Below the pieces are notes generated by a model, which saw only the letters and a program-made list of their open reading frames with translations, made no database searches and had not been told where the DNA came from. The translations under genes and the position numbers were made by a program. This document shows positions 50,539 through 61,004 of a stretch of DNA of 64,000 nt, one piece after another. The stretch covers positions 32,001 to 96,000 of the forward strand of contig JANOEP010000046.1 of NCBI GenBank assembly GCA_031441465.1, written 5' to 3'. Numbering within the stretch: the first letter of the stretch is position 1; each line of letters opens with the position of its first letter. This stretch comes from a bacterium. Its GTDB lineage: Bacteria; Krumholzibacteriota; Krumholzibacteriia; LZORAL124-64-63.

Positions 50539-52112
50539 CGGACGGCCTCCCCGCCCGCCGCGGGCGCGCGCCGCCAGTGCAGGGCGGTCACGCCGGGGAA
50601 CTCGCGCACCGCGACCACGTCGCCCAGATCGTCGAGCGCCGCCGGGAAGTGATGGCCCGGGTCGAGCGTCCCGCTGCGGCACAGGACCAGCCAGGCCTGG
50701 TCGGCGTCGCCGATCCGTTCGGACAAGGCGCCGACCACGGCGTCGCGGCCGACGAGCGCCCCGAGACCCCAGAAGTCGCGCACCTCGCCGCGGCCGTCGT
50801 AGTAGAGCCGGAACAGGTCGGTGACCACGGGCACGAGCACCGGGTCGCCCGCGGCGTCCTGGTTCGCGATCCAGACCGCGGCAGCCCGCACGTCGTCCTT
50901 GGCGTAGCGAGGATCGAGGTGGTAACTGCCCGACGACCACAGGGTCAACCCGAGCAGGGCCAGGCTCGCCACCCTCACCGTCCAGCCGTGCATCACGCTG
51001 AGCCCGTGTCCGGCCGCCAGCAGCAGGAAGGGGGCCGCCACCGCCAGGTAGCGGGGCGTGAAGGTCTTCACGTCGAGCAGGCGCATCGCGATGAGAGCGA
51101 CGAACGGCACCACGATCCACAGCGCCGTTTCCCGGCGCCGCCGGCTGCGCCACCAGCCCGTGACCGTCGGGAAAGCGGCCGCGAGCGCGCCTGCGGCCAA
51201 CAATGGCAGGTAGCGGCGGACGATCTCCAGGCGGTCGGGCCGGTGCAACTCCTCCAGCGTCGGGCCGAGGCTGAAGCCGTAGAAGAATGTGAACAGGGCG
51301 TAGGGGACGGCCAGGGGCGTCAGGCGTTCCTGGCCCTCGGGCAGCAGCCCGCCCCCGCCTCCCGGCGCCAGGCGTCCGGGATACCAGTAGCCTGTCGCCT
51401 GCAGCAGCCAGGGCAGGATGATCAGACCGGTCACCCCGAAGGCGACCGCCCAGCCGCGCCGGGCCTCGCCGCTTTGCGGGCGGTGCAGCAGGACCACACC
51501 CAGGACGTGGGCCACGATCAGCAACAGGGCCGACATGTTGCTCAGCACGGCGAGTCCGGCGAGCAGGCCGTAGGTCAACCCGCCCCGCGTCGAGGCGCCG
51601 TGCCGCTGCATGCGCAGCAGCTGCAGGGTCGCCGCCATGGCGAGCAGGACCATCAGGGAATAGCCGCGCGCTTCCTGCCCGTACCAGACGTGGAACGGGT
51701 TGAGGGCGAGCAGCAGGGCCGCCCAGGCACCGGTCGACCGGTCGCGCCATTCGCTGCCGAGTTTGTACATCAGCGGGACGGCCAGGATGCCGGCCAGCGC
51801 CGCCGGCAGCCGCAATAGCCATTCGGGGGAGGCCGGTTGCCCGGGGCGCCAGCTCAGCAGCAGGTACAGGGGCCCCTGGATGTTGTCGCGGAACTGCTCC
51901 CAGAGCCCGTGGCCGGCGCCGGGATGGAGGTTGTGCCAGGTCTGGTACTCGTCGATCCAGAGCGGCGAAGCGCCGAGGTGGTAACCGCGCAGGATGGCCG
52001 CCGCGGCCGTCACCAGGATCACGAACAGGAGCCTTTCGCTGCGCCGACCGGCGGGATCGAGCGCGGGCATGGCCCCCAGTCGAAAGTCGGCGTGCTCCCG
52101 GCGCGAACTCAT
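50535..52112 (-). CDS. GT-C fold membrane glycosyltransferase (GT39/PMT-2 or ArnT-like)
   Basis: LWIDE acidic motif after TM1, PLY, LRLP, NPFHVWYGQEARGYSL, PRYL; many TMs. Confidence 0.78.
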   Translation of the reverse strand: MSSRREHADFRLGAMPALDPAGRRSERLLFVILVTAAAAILRGYHLGASPLWIDEYQTWHNLHPGAGHGLWEQFRDNIQGPLYLLLSWRPGQPASPEWLLRLPAALAGILAVPLMYKLGSEWRDRSTGAWAALLLALNPFHVWYGQEARGYSLMVLLAMAATLQLLRMQRHGASTRGGLTYGLLAGLAVLSNMSALLLIVAHVLGVVLLHRPQSGEARRGWAVAFGVTGLIILPWLLQATGYWYPGRLAPGGGGGLLPEGQERLTPLAVPYALFTFFYGFSLGPTLEELHRPDRLEIVRRYLPLLAAGALAAAFPTVTGWWRSRRRRETALWIVVPFVALIAMRLLDVKTFTPRYLAVAAPFLLLAAGHGLSVMHGWTVRVASLALLGLTLWSSGSYHLDPRYAKDDVRAAAVWIANQDAAGDPVLVPVVTDLFRLYYDGRGEVRDFWGLGALVGRDAVVGALSERIGDADQAWLVLCRSGTLDPGHHFPAALDDLGDVVAVREFPGVTALHWRRAPAAGGEAVR

Positions 52113-52939
52113 GGCCGGACCTCCGATGACAGGGGACGGCCGAGCCGGAACGATTTCAAGGAAGCGTCGATGGCGCCGACCTTCACTTTCGTCTTCATGA
52201 GCACGGGCAGGCGGTGCTCGTCGTCGCTCAGCCAGATCGTGAGGTCGCCCTCGAACTGGAAGAGCCCTTCGCCCTGGATGACCGGCTGCACGACGAGGCA
52301 GTCGAACGTGCCGGCCGCCACGGTGATCCGCTCGCGTCCCTGGACGTTGACAACGAGGTCGTAGGTCTTGCGCGAACTGTGCGTGGTCACGAGCGCCGGC
52401 TGCCCTGGTTCCAGCGGCAGGGTGCGGACGAAGTAGAACGCCGACAAAATGTCCTGGACCCCGGTCGGAACGTCCTCGTCGTGGCCGTCGAGATGGCGGG
52501 CCTTCCCCGCCTCCTGTTCGTAACGGATCGCCACGTTCTTGCGATAGTCGCCTTCGCGCAGCCGCTTGCTGAAGTAGCGCGTCGCGAGTGTCCGCACGTC
52601 GATGTGGGTGATGACCTTGTCCCGGACGAGGTAGAACGCCGAGAAGAATCGGTTGGACGTGGCCTTGCTCTCCACGGGATAGCACGGGTGGCCGCCGGAA
52701 TCGATGACCTCCCCGACTTCCAGGGAGGCCTCGCCGGCGTTGACGGGTCCGTAGTCGATCGAAAAGACCAACAGCTCGCCCGGCCCGTAGGGAACCGGGT
52801 GGATCGCGGCGGCAGTATCCGGTGCGGAGGCGGTCGTTTCCGCGCCAGCGGCCACGGCGGGGGCGGTCGCCAGGACGGCGAGCGCCGCCGCGGCCAGGGC
52901 CGCCGGCAGGGTTCCCGCCCGGCCTCGTCGCAGGTTCAT
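52109..52939 (-). CDS. DUF3108 domain exported protein
   Basis: Signal peptide, GELLVFSIDYG, QDILSAFY, VAAGTFDC, IWLSDDEHRLPV. Confidence 0.78.
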   Translation of the reverse strand: MNLRRGRAGTLPAALAAAALAVLATAPAVAAGAETTASAPDTAAAIHPVPYGPGELLVFSIDYGPVNAGEASLEVGEVIDSGGHPCYPVESKATSNRFFSAFYLVRDKVITHIDVRTLATRYFSKRLREGDYRKNVAIRYEQEAGKARHLDGHDEDVPTGVQDILSAFYFVRTLPLEPGQPALVTTHSSRKTYDLVVNVQGRERITVAAGTFDCLVVQPVIQGEGLFQFEGDLTIWLSDDEHRLPVLMKTKVKVGAIDASLKSFRLGRPLSSEVRP

Positions 52940-54009
52940 GTGGCCTCCCTCGCTGCGCCCCGCAGGCGCTCCAGAATGGTATCCAGGGCCTCCAGCACGC
53001 GTTCGGCACGCAGACCGGTCATGCAGGGATGACCGGCCACCGGACACTCCAACAAGTCGCAGGGGGAACATGGTTCCCCGGTTCGCACCATGATATGCAA
53101 GGGATGTTCCGGGTTCCAGCCTCGCGGGTCCGTCGGGCCGAACAGGGTGACCGTCGGCACGCCCAGACCGGCGGCGATGTGGCGCGGGCCGCAGTCGGTC
53201 GCCACCAGGACGTCGAGCCGGCTCAGGAGGCCGGTCAGATCCAGCAGATCCGTGTTCGGGGCGACCGGCAGACTGGGATCTTCCGCCCGGACGGCCGCCA
53301 CGAGCGCGCCGTCGCCGGGACCCGGAATCAGCAACACGGCGGCGCCGCGCGCGACGAGAGCCTGCATCAGTCGCACGGCCTCGGCGGCCGGCCAAGCCTT
53401 GACGGGCCACGTCGCACTCAGGGTCAGGCCGATCCGGGGGCGGCCTCCGGTTCCGGGCCAGCCGATCCCGGGCGCCGCCGCGACCCGGTCCGGCCCAGCT
53501 GGTTCCGCGGTGAAATCGCCGGGCCGCCAGGGCTCGGCCTCGGCGCCCAGGGTCCGGACGAGATCCAGAAATCCTTCGGCCGCGAACTGCCGCAATCGCC
53601 GCCCCTCGAGACGGTCGCGCGGCACCGGCAGGTTGTAGGCCCATCGGCGCCAGCGCAGTGCGTAGCCGGCCCGCCAGCGGGCGCCGCTCAAGGCGGTCCA
53701 CAGGGCCGTGCGCGGCGTGCTCAGGACGTCCACCACCAGGTCGTACCGCTGCGCGCGCAGGTGGGGGATCCAACCCGCCGGCGCGTCCGCACGCTCCGGA
53801 GGCCAACCCACCACCCGGATGCGGTCGGCGACTTCGCGCAACAAGGGGACGAAAGGCCGGTCCACGAGCAGATCGACCTCGGCCTGCGGGCAAGCCGCGG
53901 CCAGCGCCCGCACCGCCGGCAGCGTGACCACGACGTCGCCGAGGGCTCGCCGGCGGATCACCAGGATCCGGCGCAGCTGCGGCAGCTCGGCGAAGAAGGA
54001 CCGGTTCAT
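52936..54009 (-). CDS. glycosyltransferase family 9 (heptosyltransferase-like)
   Basis: RILVIRRRALGDVV, KAWP, TDCGPRHIAAGLGVPTVTLFGPT, CSPC. Confidence 0.88.
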   Translation of the reverse strand: MNRSFFAELPQLRRILVIRRRALGDVVVTLPAVRALAAACPQAEVDLLVDRPFVPLLREVADRIRVVGWPPERADAPAGWIPHLRAQRYDLVVDVLSTPRTALWTALSGARWRAGYALRWRRWAYNLPVPRDRLEGRRLRQFAAEGFLDLVRTLGAEAEPWRPGDFTAEPAGPDRVAAAPGIGWPGTGGRPRIGLTLSATWPVKAWPAAEAVRLMQALVARGAAVLLIPGPGDGALVAAVRAEDPSLPVAPNTDLLDLTGLLSRLDVLVATDCGPRHIAAGLGVPTVTLFGPTDPRGWNPEHPLHIMVRTGEPCSPCDLLECPVAGHPCMTGLRAERVLEALDTILERLRGAAREAT

Positions 54010-55157
54010 CGTCCGGCCCCCGGACCGCCGAGTGCCGACAGCGCCTCGGCGACGACGGCGGGCGACAAGGCGGGCAGGCAGACGAATTCCTCCGGTGGGC
54101 AGGCGTGGCGGTCGCAGGGATGGCAGGCGGGCCGCGTGCACAGCACCCGGTAGGGCCCGAAGCTCTCGTAGGGGAACCAGATCGCGGGATCCGTCGGACC
54201 GAACAACGCCAGCGTGGGCCGGCCGCAGGCCACCGCAGCGTGGGTGAGGCCGCCGTCGACCGCCACGACCGCATCCGCGCCGGCGACCACCGCCAGCGCA
54301 GCGGCCAGTCCCAGCAACGGCAGTCGTCCGCCCGGCGTACCGTCGGTCCACGCGCCGCCCGTCAGCACGCCGCCGGGCGCGGCAAGCTCAACGACGGGCC
54401 GCCGGTCCGTAACGGCCAAACGGGTGTGCAAGTCGTCCCACGACGCGCGGGGCCAGGCCTTGGCCGGCCAGGTGGCGCCGGGCGCGAACAGCAGGTACGG
54501 TCGGCCCGCGCCGATGCCGAGCGCCGCCAGCGCGGCGCCGGCCGCGGCGCTGGGCGCCACGTGCAGACGTGGCGGCAATCCCCGCGGGTATTCGCGCAGG
54601 TACCAGTCCCGGAACGACAGACCGCTCGGGACGTGCGCCAACGGCAGCAGACGGCCGAGGAGTTCGCCCAGCCCGCCGGGAGCGGCGGCGCGGAACGCCG
54701 GGTCCTGCTGCAGCGACGGGACGCTGACGGGATGCGTGGCGAGTCGGCGGCGCCATCCCCGATCACCGCCGATGCGCCGCGGCGCACCGGCCAGGCGCAG
54801 CAGCAGGGCGCTGCGCGGGTTGGCGAAGAGGTCCACGGAGAGGTCGTAGCGGGCGCGCCGCAAGTCGCCGACCGTCGCCGCCGCGGTGCGGCCTCCCGGC
54901 CCGTCGGCGGGCGCCGTCGGGCGCGAGGCGGCGCCGGAGCCGCGCGCGTCCCGCGCCAGCACGTGCAGGCGCTGCAGGCGCGGGTCACCGGCGAGCAGGG
55001 GGGCGGCCGGCGACTCGCAGAGGTAACCGAGGCGCAGTTCGGGATCGCCGCGGCGCAGGACTTCGAGCACGACGGTCGACATCACCACGTCGCCGAGGAA
55101 GCGCAGCCGGCTGACCAGGATCGCGCCGAGGGGGCGCCCGTCGAGGGTCCAACTCAC
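54006..55157 (-). CDS. glycosyltransferase family 9 (heptosyltransferase-like)
   Basis: ILVSRLRFLGDVV, PGATWPAKAWP, VDGGLTHAAVACGRPTLALFGPT, CHPC. Confidence 0.86.
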   Translation of the reverse strand: MSWTLDGRPLGAILVSRLRFLGDVVMSTVVLEVLRRGDPELRLGYLCESPAAPLLAGDPRLQRLHVLARDARGSGAASRPTAPADGPGGRTAAATVGDLRRARYDLSVDLFANPRSALLLRLAGAPRRIGGDRGWRRRLATHPVSVPSLQQDPAFRAAAPGGLGELLGRLLPLAHVPSGLSFRDWYLREYPRGLPPRLHVAPSAAAGAALAALGIGAGRPYLLFAPGATWPAKAWPRASWDDLHTRLAVTDRRPVVELAAPGGVLTGGAWTDGTPGGRLPLLGLAAALAVVAGADAVVAVDGGLTHAAVACGRPTLALFGPTDPAIWFPYESFGPYRVLCTRPACHPCDRHACPPEEFVCLPALSPAVVAEALSALGGPGAGR

Positions 55158-56821
55158 GCCTTCGCCTCCCGCAGGACATGATCGACGGCGCGGGCCAGGT
55201 TCGCCACGGTGGGCACGCGCCAGGCCGGATCGAGGTCGCGGGCGCTCAGGTTGCCCTTGCCCGTGCGCACCAACACGGCGCTCAGGCCCGCATGACGCGC
55301 GAGCAGCACGTCGGACACCTTGTCGCCCACCATCCAGGCGCGCGCGGGCTCCCACGCATAGTGGCGGGCAGCGGCCTGGAGCAGGCCGGGGCGCGGCTTG
55401 CGGCAATGGCAGTCCGCATCGGGCGCGTGCGGGCAGTAGTAGACGCCGTCGAGGTACACGTCGTCCGCGGCGAGCAGGGCGTCGACGCGCTTCTGGACGG
55501 CGGCGAACTCCTCGAACGTGTAGTAGCCGCGGCCCAGCCCCGACTGGTTGGTGAGCATGATCAGGCGGAACCCGGCCAACTGGGCCTTGCGCAGGGCCGC
55601 GCCGGCGCCCGCGATCAGCGCCACGGCGCGCGGGTCGTGGAGGTAGTCGCCGTCGTGGATGACCACACCGTCGCGGTCCAGGAACAGGGTCGGCCGTACG
55701 GGCTGCGGCTCCCTCACGCCCAGAGGTTTCCAGACACCCGCCTCCCCCGACTCCTGCCCGGGGACCAGGGAGCGGGCCGCGGCCAGGACGCGGCGCGGTG
55801 TGATCGTCTCGAGGCAGAAGCGCGGCTCGGGGCACGTGCGCAGGAAGCAGGGATGACAGGGGAAATCCTCGACCGCCACGACCGTGGTGCGCGCGCCGCG
55901 GGGTCCCGTCCAGATGGGACTGGAAGAGCCGAACAGCCCCACCGTCGGCGTGCCGAGGGCCGCCGCCAAGTGCATCGGCCCGCTGTCGTTGCCCACGAAG
56001 AGGTCCGCCCCGCGCAACAGCGCGGCCAGGCCGGGCAGGCTCGTGCGACCGACCATATCACAGCAGCCGGGCGTCGTGCCGGGGTTGCCGGTCCCCTGGT
56101 CGTCCGACCAGGGGGCGCCGCAGGCAGCGCGCACGCGTTCGGCCAGCCGGCGCGCCGGCGGGTCGCCGATCAGCACGACGCGCGCGCCGGCCTCGGCAAC
56201 GGCCAGTTCGACGAAGCCGGCGACGGCGTCTGGTGGCCAGCTCTTCGCGTCGCCGTAGGTCGTGCCGACGGACACGACCCAGACGGGCGGCCCGGGCGGG
56301 ATGGGCGGCGCGGCCTCGGAACACACCTTGCCCGCCAGGGTCGGCGCCGGCGCCGCGGACCATTCCCCGCCGCGCCATGCCTGCGCCAGCAGGGCGAGTT
56401 CCTCGGTGTAGTGGCGCGAACAGCGCGGCGGTCTGGGCAGCGCGTCGGTCAGCAGGGCGCCGCGCTGCTCGCCGCGGAACCCCAGGCGCCTCGGGATCCC
56501 GGCCAACCGCGCCACCGCGGCCGCGCGCAGCGACGGCGGCAACACGAACACGGCGTCGAAGTCTCCCTCGCGCCACTGCCGCGCCAGGCGCAGCGCGCCT
56601 CGCCAGCCCGCGTGGTCGCCTTCGCGTTCGTAGATCAGGAGTCCGTGGAGGCGGGGGTCGCCTTCCAGCAAGGGAGCCCAGCGGTCCCGCACCGCGACGT
56701 GGATTTCGGGCGGCGCCTCGCCTTCCCGCGCCGCGACCAAGGAGGCCAACAGCGAGGTCGACATCACGAGGTCCCCGAGCCAGTTCGGGGCCACGACGAG
56801 CAGGCGCGGCCGTCGGGACAT
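55154..56821 (-). CDS. waaF-gmhB: fused heptosyltransferase II (WaaF) / heptose-1,7-bisphosphate phosphatase (GmhB)
   Basis: APNWLGDLVM, YGDAKSWP, NDSGPMHLAAA, then in frame LFLDRDGVV, TNQSGLGRGYY, CPH...CHCRKP, MVGD; alternative start 56839. Confidence 0.88.
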   Translation of the reverse strand: MSRRPRLLVVAPNWLGDLVMSTSLLASLVAAREGEAPPEIHVAVRDRWAPLLEGDPRLHGLLIYEREGDHAGWRGALRLARQWREGDFDAVFVLPPSLRAAAVARLAGIPRRLGFRGEQRGALLTDALPRPPRCSRHYTEELALLAQAWRGGEWSAAPAPTLAGKVCSEAAPPIPPGPPVWVVSVGTTYGDAKSWPPDAVAGFVELAVAEAGARVVLIGDPPARRLAERVRAACGAPWSDDQGTGNPGTTPGCCDMVGRTSLPGLAALLRGADLFVGNDSGPMHLAAALGTPTVGLFGSSSPIWTGPRGARTTVVAVEDFPCHPCFLRTCPEPRFCLETITPRRVLAAARSLVPGQESGEAGVWKPLGVREPQPVRPTLFLDRDGVVIHDGDYLHDPRAVALIAGAGAALRKAQLAGFRLIMLTNQSGLGRGYYTFEEFAAVQKRVDALLAADDVYLDGVYYCPHAPDADCHCRKPRPGLLQAAARHYAWEPARAWMVGDKVSDVLLARHAGLSAVLVRTGKGNLSARDLDPAWRVPTVANLARAVDHVLREAKA

Positions 56822-56835
56822 GACTTCCTCTCGGC

Positions 56836-57909
56836 TCATCGAGCGGCGCGGATCGCCGCGAACGCGTCCAGCAGGGTGTCGGGATCGATCCGCTGCCCGT
56901 CCTTGACGCGCAGGATCCGCACCTGCGGCTGCTCGGTGGGCACCCACTCGGGCCCGTCCTGCTCCAGGAACAGGCCCAGGGTCGGCACGCCGGCCGCCGC
57001 CGCGAAATGGAAGAGGTCCGTGTTGCCGGCGATCACCACGTCACAGACCGCAGCGAACAGCACGACGTCGAACAGCGTGTCGCACGGCAGGCTCATCGGG
57101 GCCGCGCCGAGACCGGCCACCAGGGACGCGACACGCTCGGTGTCCGCGGACACGGTCAGGGGCAGCACCCGGCACGGGACCTGGCTCTCCAGCTGGCGCA
57201 ACAGGTGATGGAAGTTCGGCGCCGCCAGCGCGACACCCGACTTGCCCGCCGTCGGATCGAAGCCCACCAGGACCTCGTCCTGCCGCGGCTTGTTGAAGTG
57301 CACGAGCTGGCGCGCGCGCCGCAGTTTCTCGTCCGGCAAGGGCCAACCGCGACGGGCCGCTTGGCGGGGCAACCCCAGGAACGGGGCCGCCGCCGCCAGA
57401 CACTCGCCGCGGTAGCGCACACCGTCGTCGCGGCGGCGGATCTCGAAGTTGACCGCCGGGTAAGCGCCCGGGTGCGACGGCCCCATCCGCAACGGCGCTC
57501 CGGTCGCCAGCGACACCGTCTCGAGGGCGGGTTGCGGCGCGAAGGACATCACCAGGCTGAAGTCGTACGCTTCCTTGCGCACGCTCTTGAGCAGGGCGTG
57601 GCAGGAGGGGCTCCACAGTTTCAACTGGCGCGGCTGGTAGACCAGGCACTGGCGCGCGATCCCGCTGGGCGCGACCAGGGACACGTGCGCCTCGGGCAGC
57701 AGGAAATCGATGCGGGCGCGCGGATGGCGCTCGCGGATCGCCTGCAGCAGCGGCATGTGGAACAGCAGATCGGACAGGTCGCCGGTGTCGATGGCCAGCA
57801 GCAGCGGCTCATCCCCCAGCTCCCCCGGCAGCGAGAAACCCTCGCTCCCGCCCCGCAGGAAGAAACGGTCGACGAGGCTCCTGACCAGTCTGCCCTCGGC
57901 GAAGCTCAT
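56836..57909 (-). CDS. divergent glycosyltransferase family 9 protein
   Basis: [25 protein letters not shown] and [20 protein letters not shown] resemble GT9 motifs. Confidence 0.68.
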   Translation of the reverse strand: MSFAEGRLVRSLVDRFFLRGGSEGFSLPGELGDEPLLLAIDTGDLSDLLFHMPLLQAIRERHPRARIDFLLPEAHVSLVAPSGIARQCLVYQPRQLKLWSPSCHALLKSVRKEAYDFSLVMSFAPQPALETVSLATGAPLRMGPSHPGAYPAVNFEIRRRDDGVRYRGECLAAAAPFLGLPRQAARRGWPLPDEKLRRARQLVHFNKPRQDEVLVGFDPTAGKSGVALAAPNFHHLLRQLESQVPCRVLPLTVSADTERVASLVAGLGAAPMSLPCDTLFDVVLFAAVCDVVIAGNTDLFHFAAAAGVPTLGLFLEQDGPEWVPTEQPQVRILRVKDGQRIDPDTLLDAFAAIRAAR

Positions 57910-57925
57910 GGCCGGCCGCCGGCGC

Positions 57926-60355
57926 TCACGAGGTGAACTCCTCGGGGAAGAGTTCCGCCCAGACCTCCTCGACGCGCTTCACGCAGACGAACTCGATGTC
58001 GCGGGACACCTCGGTCGGGATCTCTTCGAGATCGTGCTCGTTCTCCTTGGGCAGCAGGAGGCGGCGGATGCCGGCGCGGTGCGCGGCCAGGACCTTCTCC
58101 AGCAGCCCGCCGATGGGCAGCACGTCGCCGGTCAGCGTGATCTCCCCGGTCATGGCCGTGCGCCGGTCGACCGGGCGACCCACCATCAAGGAGAAGAGCA
58201 CCGTCGCCATGGTGATGCCGGCGCTCGGGCCGTCCTTGGGCACCGCCCCGGCCGGGATATGGATGTGGAGGTCGTGCTCGCGGAAGAAGGCGCGGTGGCG
58301 TTCGCGGTCGCCGTAGCGGGCGCGCAGGTAGGAGTAGGCGGCGGCCGCCGACTCCTGCATGACGCTGCCGAGCTGGCCGGTCAGGCGCAGCTGGCCGGAG
58401 CCCGCCGGCAGGGCCACGCCTTCGAGGTAGAGGATCTTGCCGCCGGCCGAGGTCCAGGCCAAGCCCGTGGCGACGCCCACGCGGGCGCGGCTGCGCAGCC
58501 GGTCGGGATCGTAGTCGGGCTGGCCCAGATACTCGGGCAGGGTCTGGGCGGTGATCGCGTGCCGGCGCCGGCGGCCGCGCGCCACGGTCTTGGCGACCTT
58601 GCGGCACACGGCGCCGATCTTGCGCTCGAGGCCGCGCACACCGGCCTCGCGGGTGTGGCCGTTGATCAGGGCGCGCAGGCCGGCGTCGGTGAAGCCCACG
58701 TGCTTGGCGGTCAGGCCGTTCTCCTGGAGCTGCCTCGGCACCAGGTAGCGCTTGGCGATCTCCAGCTTCTCGAGGTTGGTGTAGCCGGGCAGCTGGATGA
58801 CCTCCATGCGGTCCAGCAGGGGGCGCGGGATGGTGTCCATCATGTTGGCCGTGGTGATGAACAGGGTGTGCGAGAGGTCGAACGGCAGCGACAGGTAGTG
58901 GTCGGTGAAGGAGAAGTTCTGCTCCGGGTCGAGGACCTCCAGCAGGGCGCTGGCGGGGTCGCCGCGGAAATCCTGGCCCAGCTTGTCGATCTCGTCGAGC
59001 ATGATCAGCGGGTTGTTGGTGCCGCAGTCCTTCAGGCCGGCGATGATGCGCCCCGGCATGGCGCCGACGTAGGTGCGGCGGTGCCCGCGGATCTCGGCCT
59101 CGTCGCGCATGCCGCCGAGCGAGAAGCGGAAGAACTTGCGGCCGATCGCCTCGGCGATGCTCCGCCCCAGCGAGGTCTTGCCCACGCCGGGCGGCCCGAC
59201 CAGGCAGATGATGGGCCCGCGGTGGTCGTTCTTGAGCTTCCGCACGGCCAGGAACTCTAGGATGCGCTCCTTGACGTCGGCGAGGCCGTAGTGGTCGCGC
59301 TCCAGGATCGCCTCGGCGCGCTTGATGTCCAGCTTGTCCTCGCTGGACACGAGCCAGGGCAGGTCCAGCAGCCAGTCGATGTACGTCTTGCTGACCGTGT
59401 ACTCGCTGGCGCCCGGGGACATGCGGGCCAGACGGTCGACTTCCTTCTCGGCGACGGCGCGCACGTGCTCCGGCAGCTGGGCCTGCGCCAGCCGCTCCTG
59501 CAGTTCCTCGATCTCCACCGTGCCGTCGTCGGTGTCGCCCAGCTCGCGCTGGATCGCCTTGAGCTGCTGGCGCAGGTAGTATTCGCGCTGGTCCTTGTCG
59601 ATGCTCTTGCGGACCTTGGACTGGAGCTTCTGCCCCAGCTCCGCGACTTCCAGTTCGCGCACGACGATCTTGGCCAGGATCTGCAGGCGCTCCAGGGGAG
59701 CGACGGCTTCCAGCACCTGCTGCTTCTCGGCGATCTCGATGTCGAGGTTGGTGGCGATCAGGTCGGCGAGCCGGCCCGGATCGTCGATGTTCATCACCAC
59801 GACCTTCAGCTCGTCCGAGAGGCTCTCGCTGGCGTCGACGATCTTCAGGAAATTGTTCGCGACGCCCCGCATGTAGGCCAGCGTGCGGGGGTCGGAGGCC
59901 TTCGGCTCCGGCAGCCCCTCCACTTCGGCCTTGAGGTACGGCTGTTCGGACACGAACTCGCCGATGCGAATCCGGGCCACGCCCTGGCCCAGCAGGCGCA
60001 TGCTGCCGTCGGGAAAGCGCAGCATCTTCTGGATCTTCACCGCCGTGCCGACGCGGTACAGCAGGTCCTTCTCGTCGGGATGGTCCTCGTGCTCGCCCGG
60101 CTCCCGCTGGGAAACCGCGCCGAGCATCTTGTCGCCGGCGAGGCAGTCGTCCGCCAGGCGGATGAGGTTCTCGTCGCTCAGCACGAGCGGGACCATCATG
60201 TAGGGGAAGATCACCGCGTCGCTGATCGGCAGGACCGGCAGCACCGCGGGCACCAGGGCCTCGGGCGCATCGCTCGACCGTCGCTGACGCTCGTCGCCGT
60301 TCATGGGCACAGTTCCTTCCGCGTCCGCCTTGCTCCGGCGCCGCTTACTTCCCAT
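57926..60355 (-). CDS. lon: ATP-dependent Lon protease
   Basis: LON-N domain, [35 protein letters not shown] catalytic Ser, GGLLEK; alternative start ATG 60304. Confidence 0.95.
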   Translation of the reverse strand: MGSKRRRSKADAEGTVPMNGDERQRRSSDAPEALVPAVLPVLPISDAVIFPYMMVPLVLSDENLIRLADDCLAGDKMLGAVSQREPGEHEDHPDEKDLLYRVGTAVKIQKMLRFPDGSMRLLGQGVARIRIGEFVSEQPYLKAEVEGLPEPKASDPRTLAYMRGVANNFLKIVDASESLSDELKVVVMNIDDPGRLADLIATNLDIEIAEKQQVLEAVAPLERLQILAKIVVRELEVAELGQKLQSKVRKSIDKDQREYYLRQQLKAIQRELGDTDDGTVEIEELQERLAQAQLPEHVRAVAEKEVDRLARMSPGASEYTVSKTYIDWLLDLPWLVSSEDKLDIKRAEAILERDHYGLADVKERILEFLAVRKLKNDHRGPIICLVGPPGVGKTSLGRSIAEAIGRKFFRFSLGGMRDEAEIRGHRRTYVGAMPGRIIAGLKDCGTNNPLIMLDEIDKLGQDFRGDPASALLEVLDPEQNFSFTDHYLSLPFDLSHTLFITTANMMDTIPRPLLDRMEVIQLPGYTNLEKLEIAKRYLVPRQLQENGLTAKHVGFTDAGLRALINGHTREAGVRGLERKIGAVCRKVAKTVARGRRRRHAITAQTLPEYLGQPDYDPDRLRSRARVGVATGLAWTSAGGKILYLEGVALPAGSGQLRLTGQLGSVMQESAAAAYSYLRARYGDRERHRAFFREHDLHIHIPAGAVPKDGPSAGITMATVLFSLMVGRPVDRRTAMTGEITLTGDVLPIGGLLEKVLAAHRAGIRRLLLPKENEHDLEEIPTEVSRDIEFVCVKRVEEVWAELFPEEFTS

Positions 60356-60800
60356 TGCGCACGTCCACGCGCCGCCGGCTGCCGCCGGCCGCCGGTCCCT
60401 TGCGGAACGTGACGTAGAGGAAACCGTTGCGATAGCGGGCGGCCGCGGTTTCGGGCTGCACCGACACCGGCACGACGATGCGCCGGGCGAACGGCCCGAC
60501 GCTGATCTCCATCTTCGAGTAGTGCTTCTTGCCGGCGGGCGCGATGTCCTGGCGCGTGCCGCGCACGGTCAGGGTCTCGCCGTCGGTGAAGACCTCGATC
60601 GCCGCGGGATCCATGCCCGCCAGGTCCATCTGCACGACGAAGGCTTCCTCGGTCTCGTAGGCGTCGGTGGCCGGCCGCCAGGTCAGGTCGTCGTCGAGGG
60701 GCAGCCGCCCCAACCCGCGGGCGTGGGCCGTGACCAGGATCTCGAAGATGTCGTCCACGGAACCGGAATCTCCGGCCTCGCGGGGTGCCGTCGTGATCAT
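60345..60800 (-). CDS. Hsp20/alpha-crystallin family protein
   Basis: WRPATDAYET, DLAGM, LTVRGTR, GPFARRI, ARYRNGFLYV; AAGGAGG RBS. Confidence 0.87.
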   Translation of the reverse strand: MITTAPREAGDSGSVDDIFEILVTAHARGLGRLPLDDDLTWRPATDAYETEEAFVVQMDLAGMDPAAIEVFTDGETLTVRGTRQDIAPAGKKHYSKMEISVGPFARRIVVPVSVQPETAAARYRNGFLYVTFRKGPAAGGSRRRVDVRNGK

Positions 60801-60830
60801 GGCGGGCCTCCTTGAGCGTTGACCCACCGC

Positions 60831-60859
60831 ATGCTAGCGGCGGGGAGGCGGGGCGTCAA
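60831..60859 (-). promoter_or_regulatory. putative sigma70 promoter of hsp20-lon
   Basis: TTGACG-17 nt-TAGCAT. Confidence 0.55.
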
Positions 60860-60888
60860 CCCGCGACCGGGAAGGGCGGGCGGGGCGC

Positions 60889-60918
60889 TTGTCCCGTGCG
60901 ACGGCTGCATGGTAGGAT
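60889..60918 (+). promoter_or_regulatory. putative sigma70 promoter of HIT gene
   Basis: TTGTCC-18 nt-TAGGAT with extended TG. Confidence 0.45.
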
Positions 60919-61004
60919 GCGGGGAAGTCGGGGCGGCGAGTCCCACCAACACCGGGACCCGGCGGCTGCTGGTCCCGGCACCTCCAGCCGAGAGGCGGCG
61001 CACG

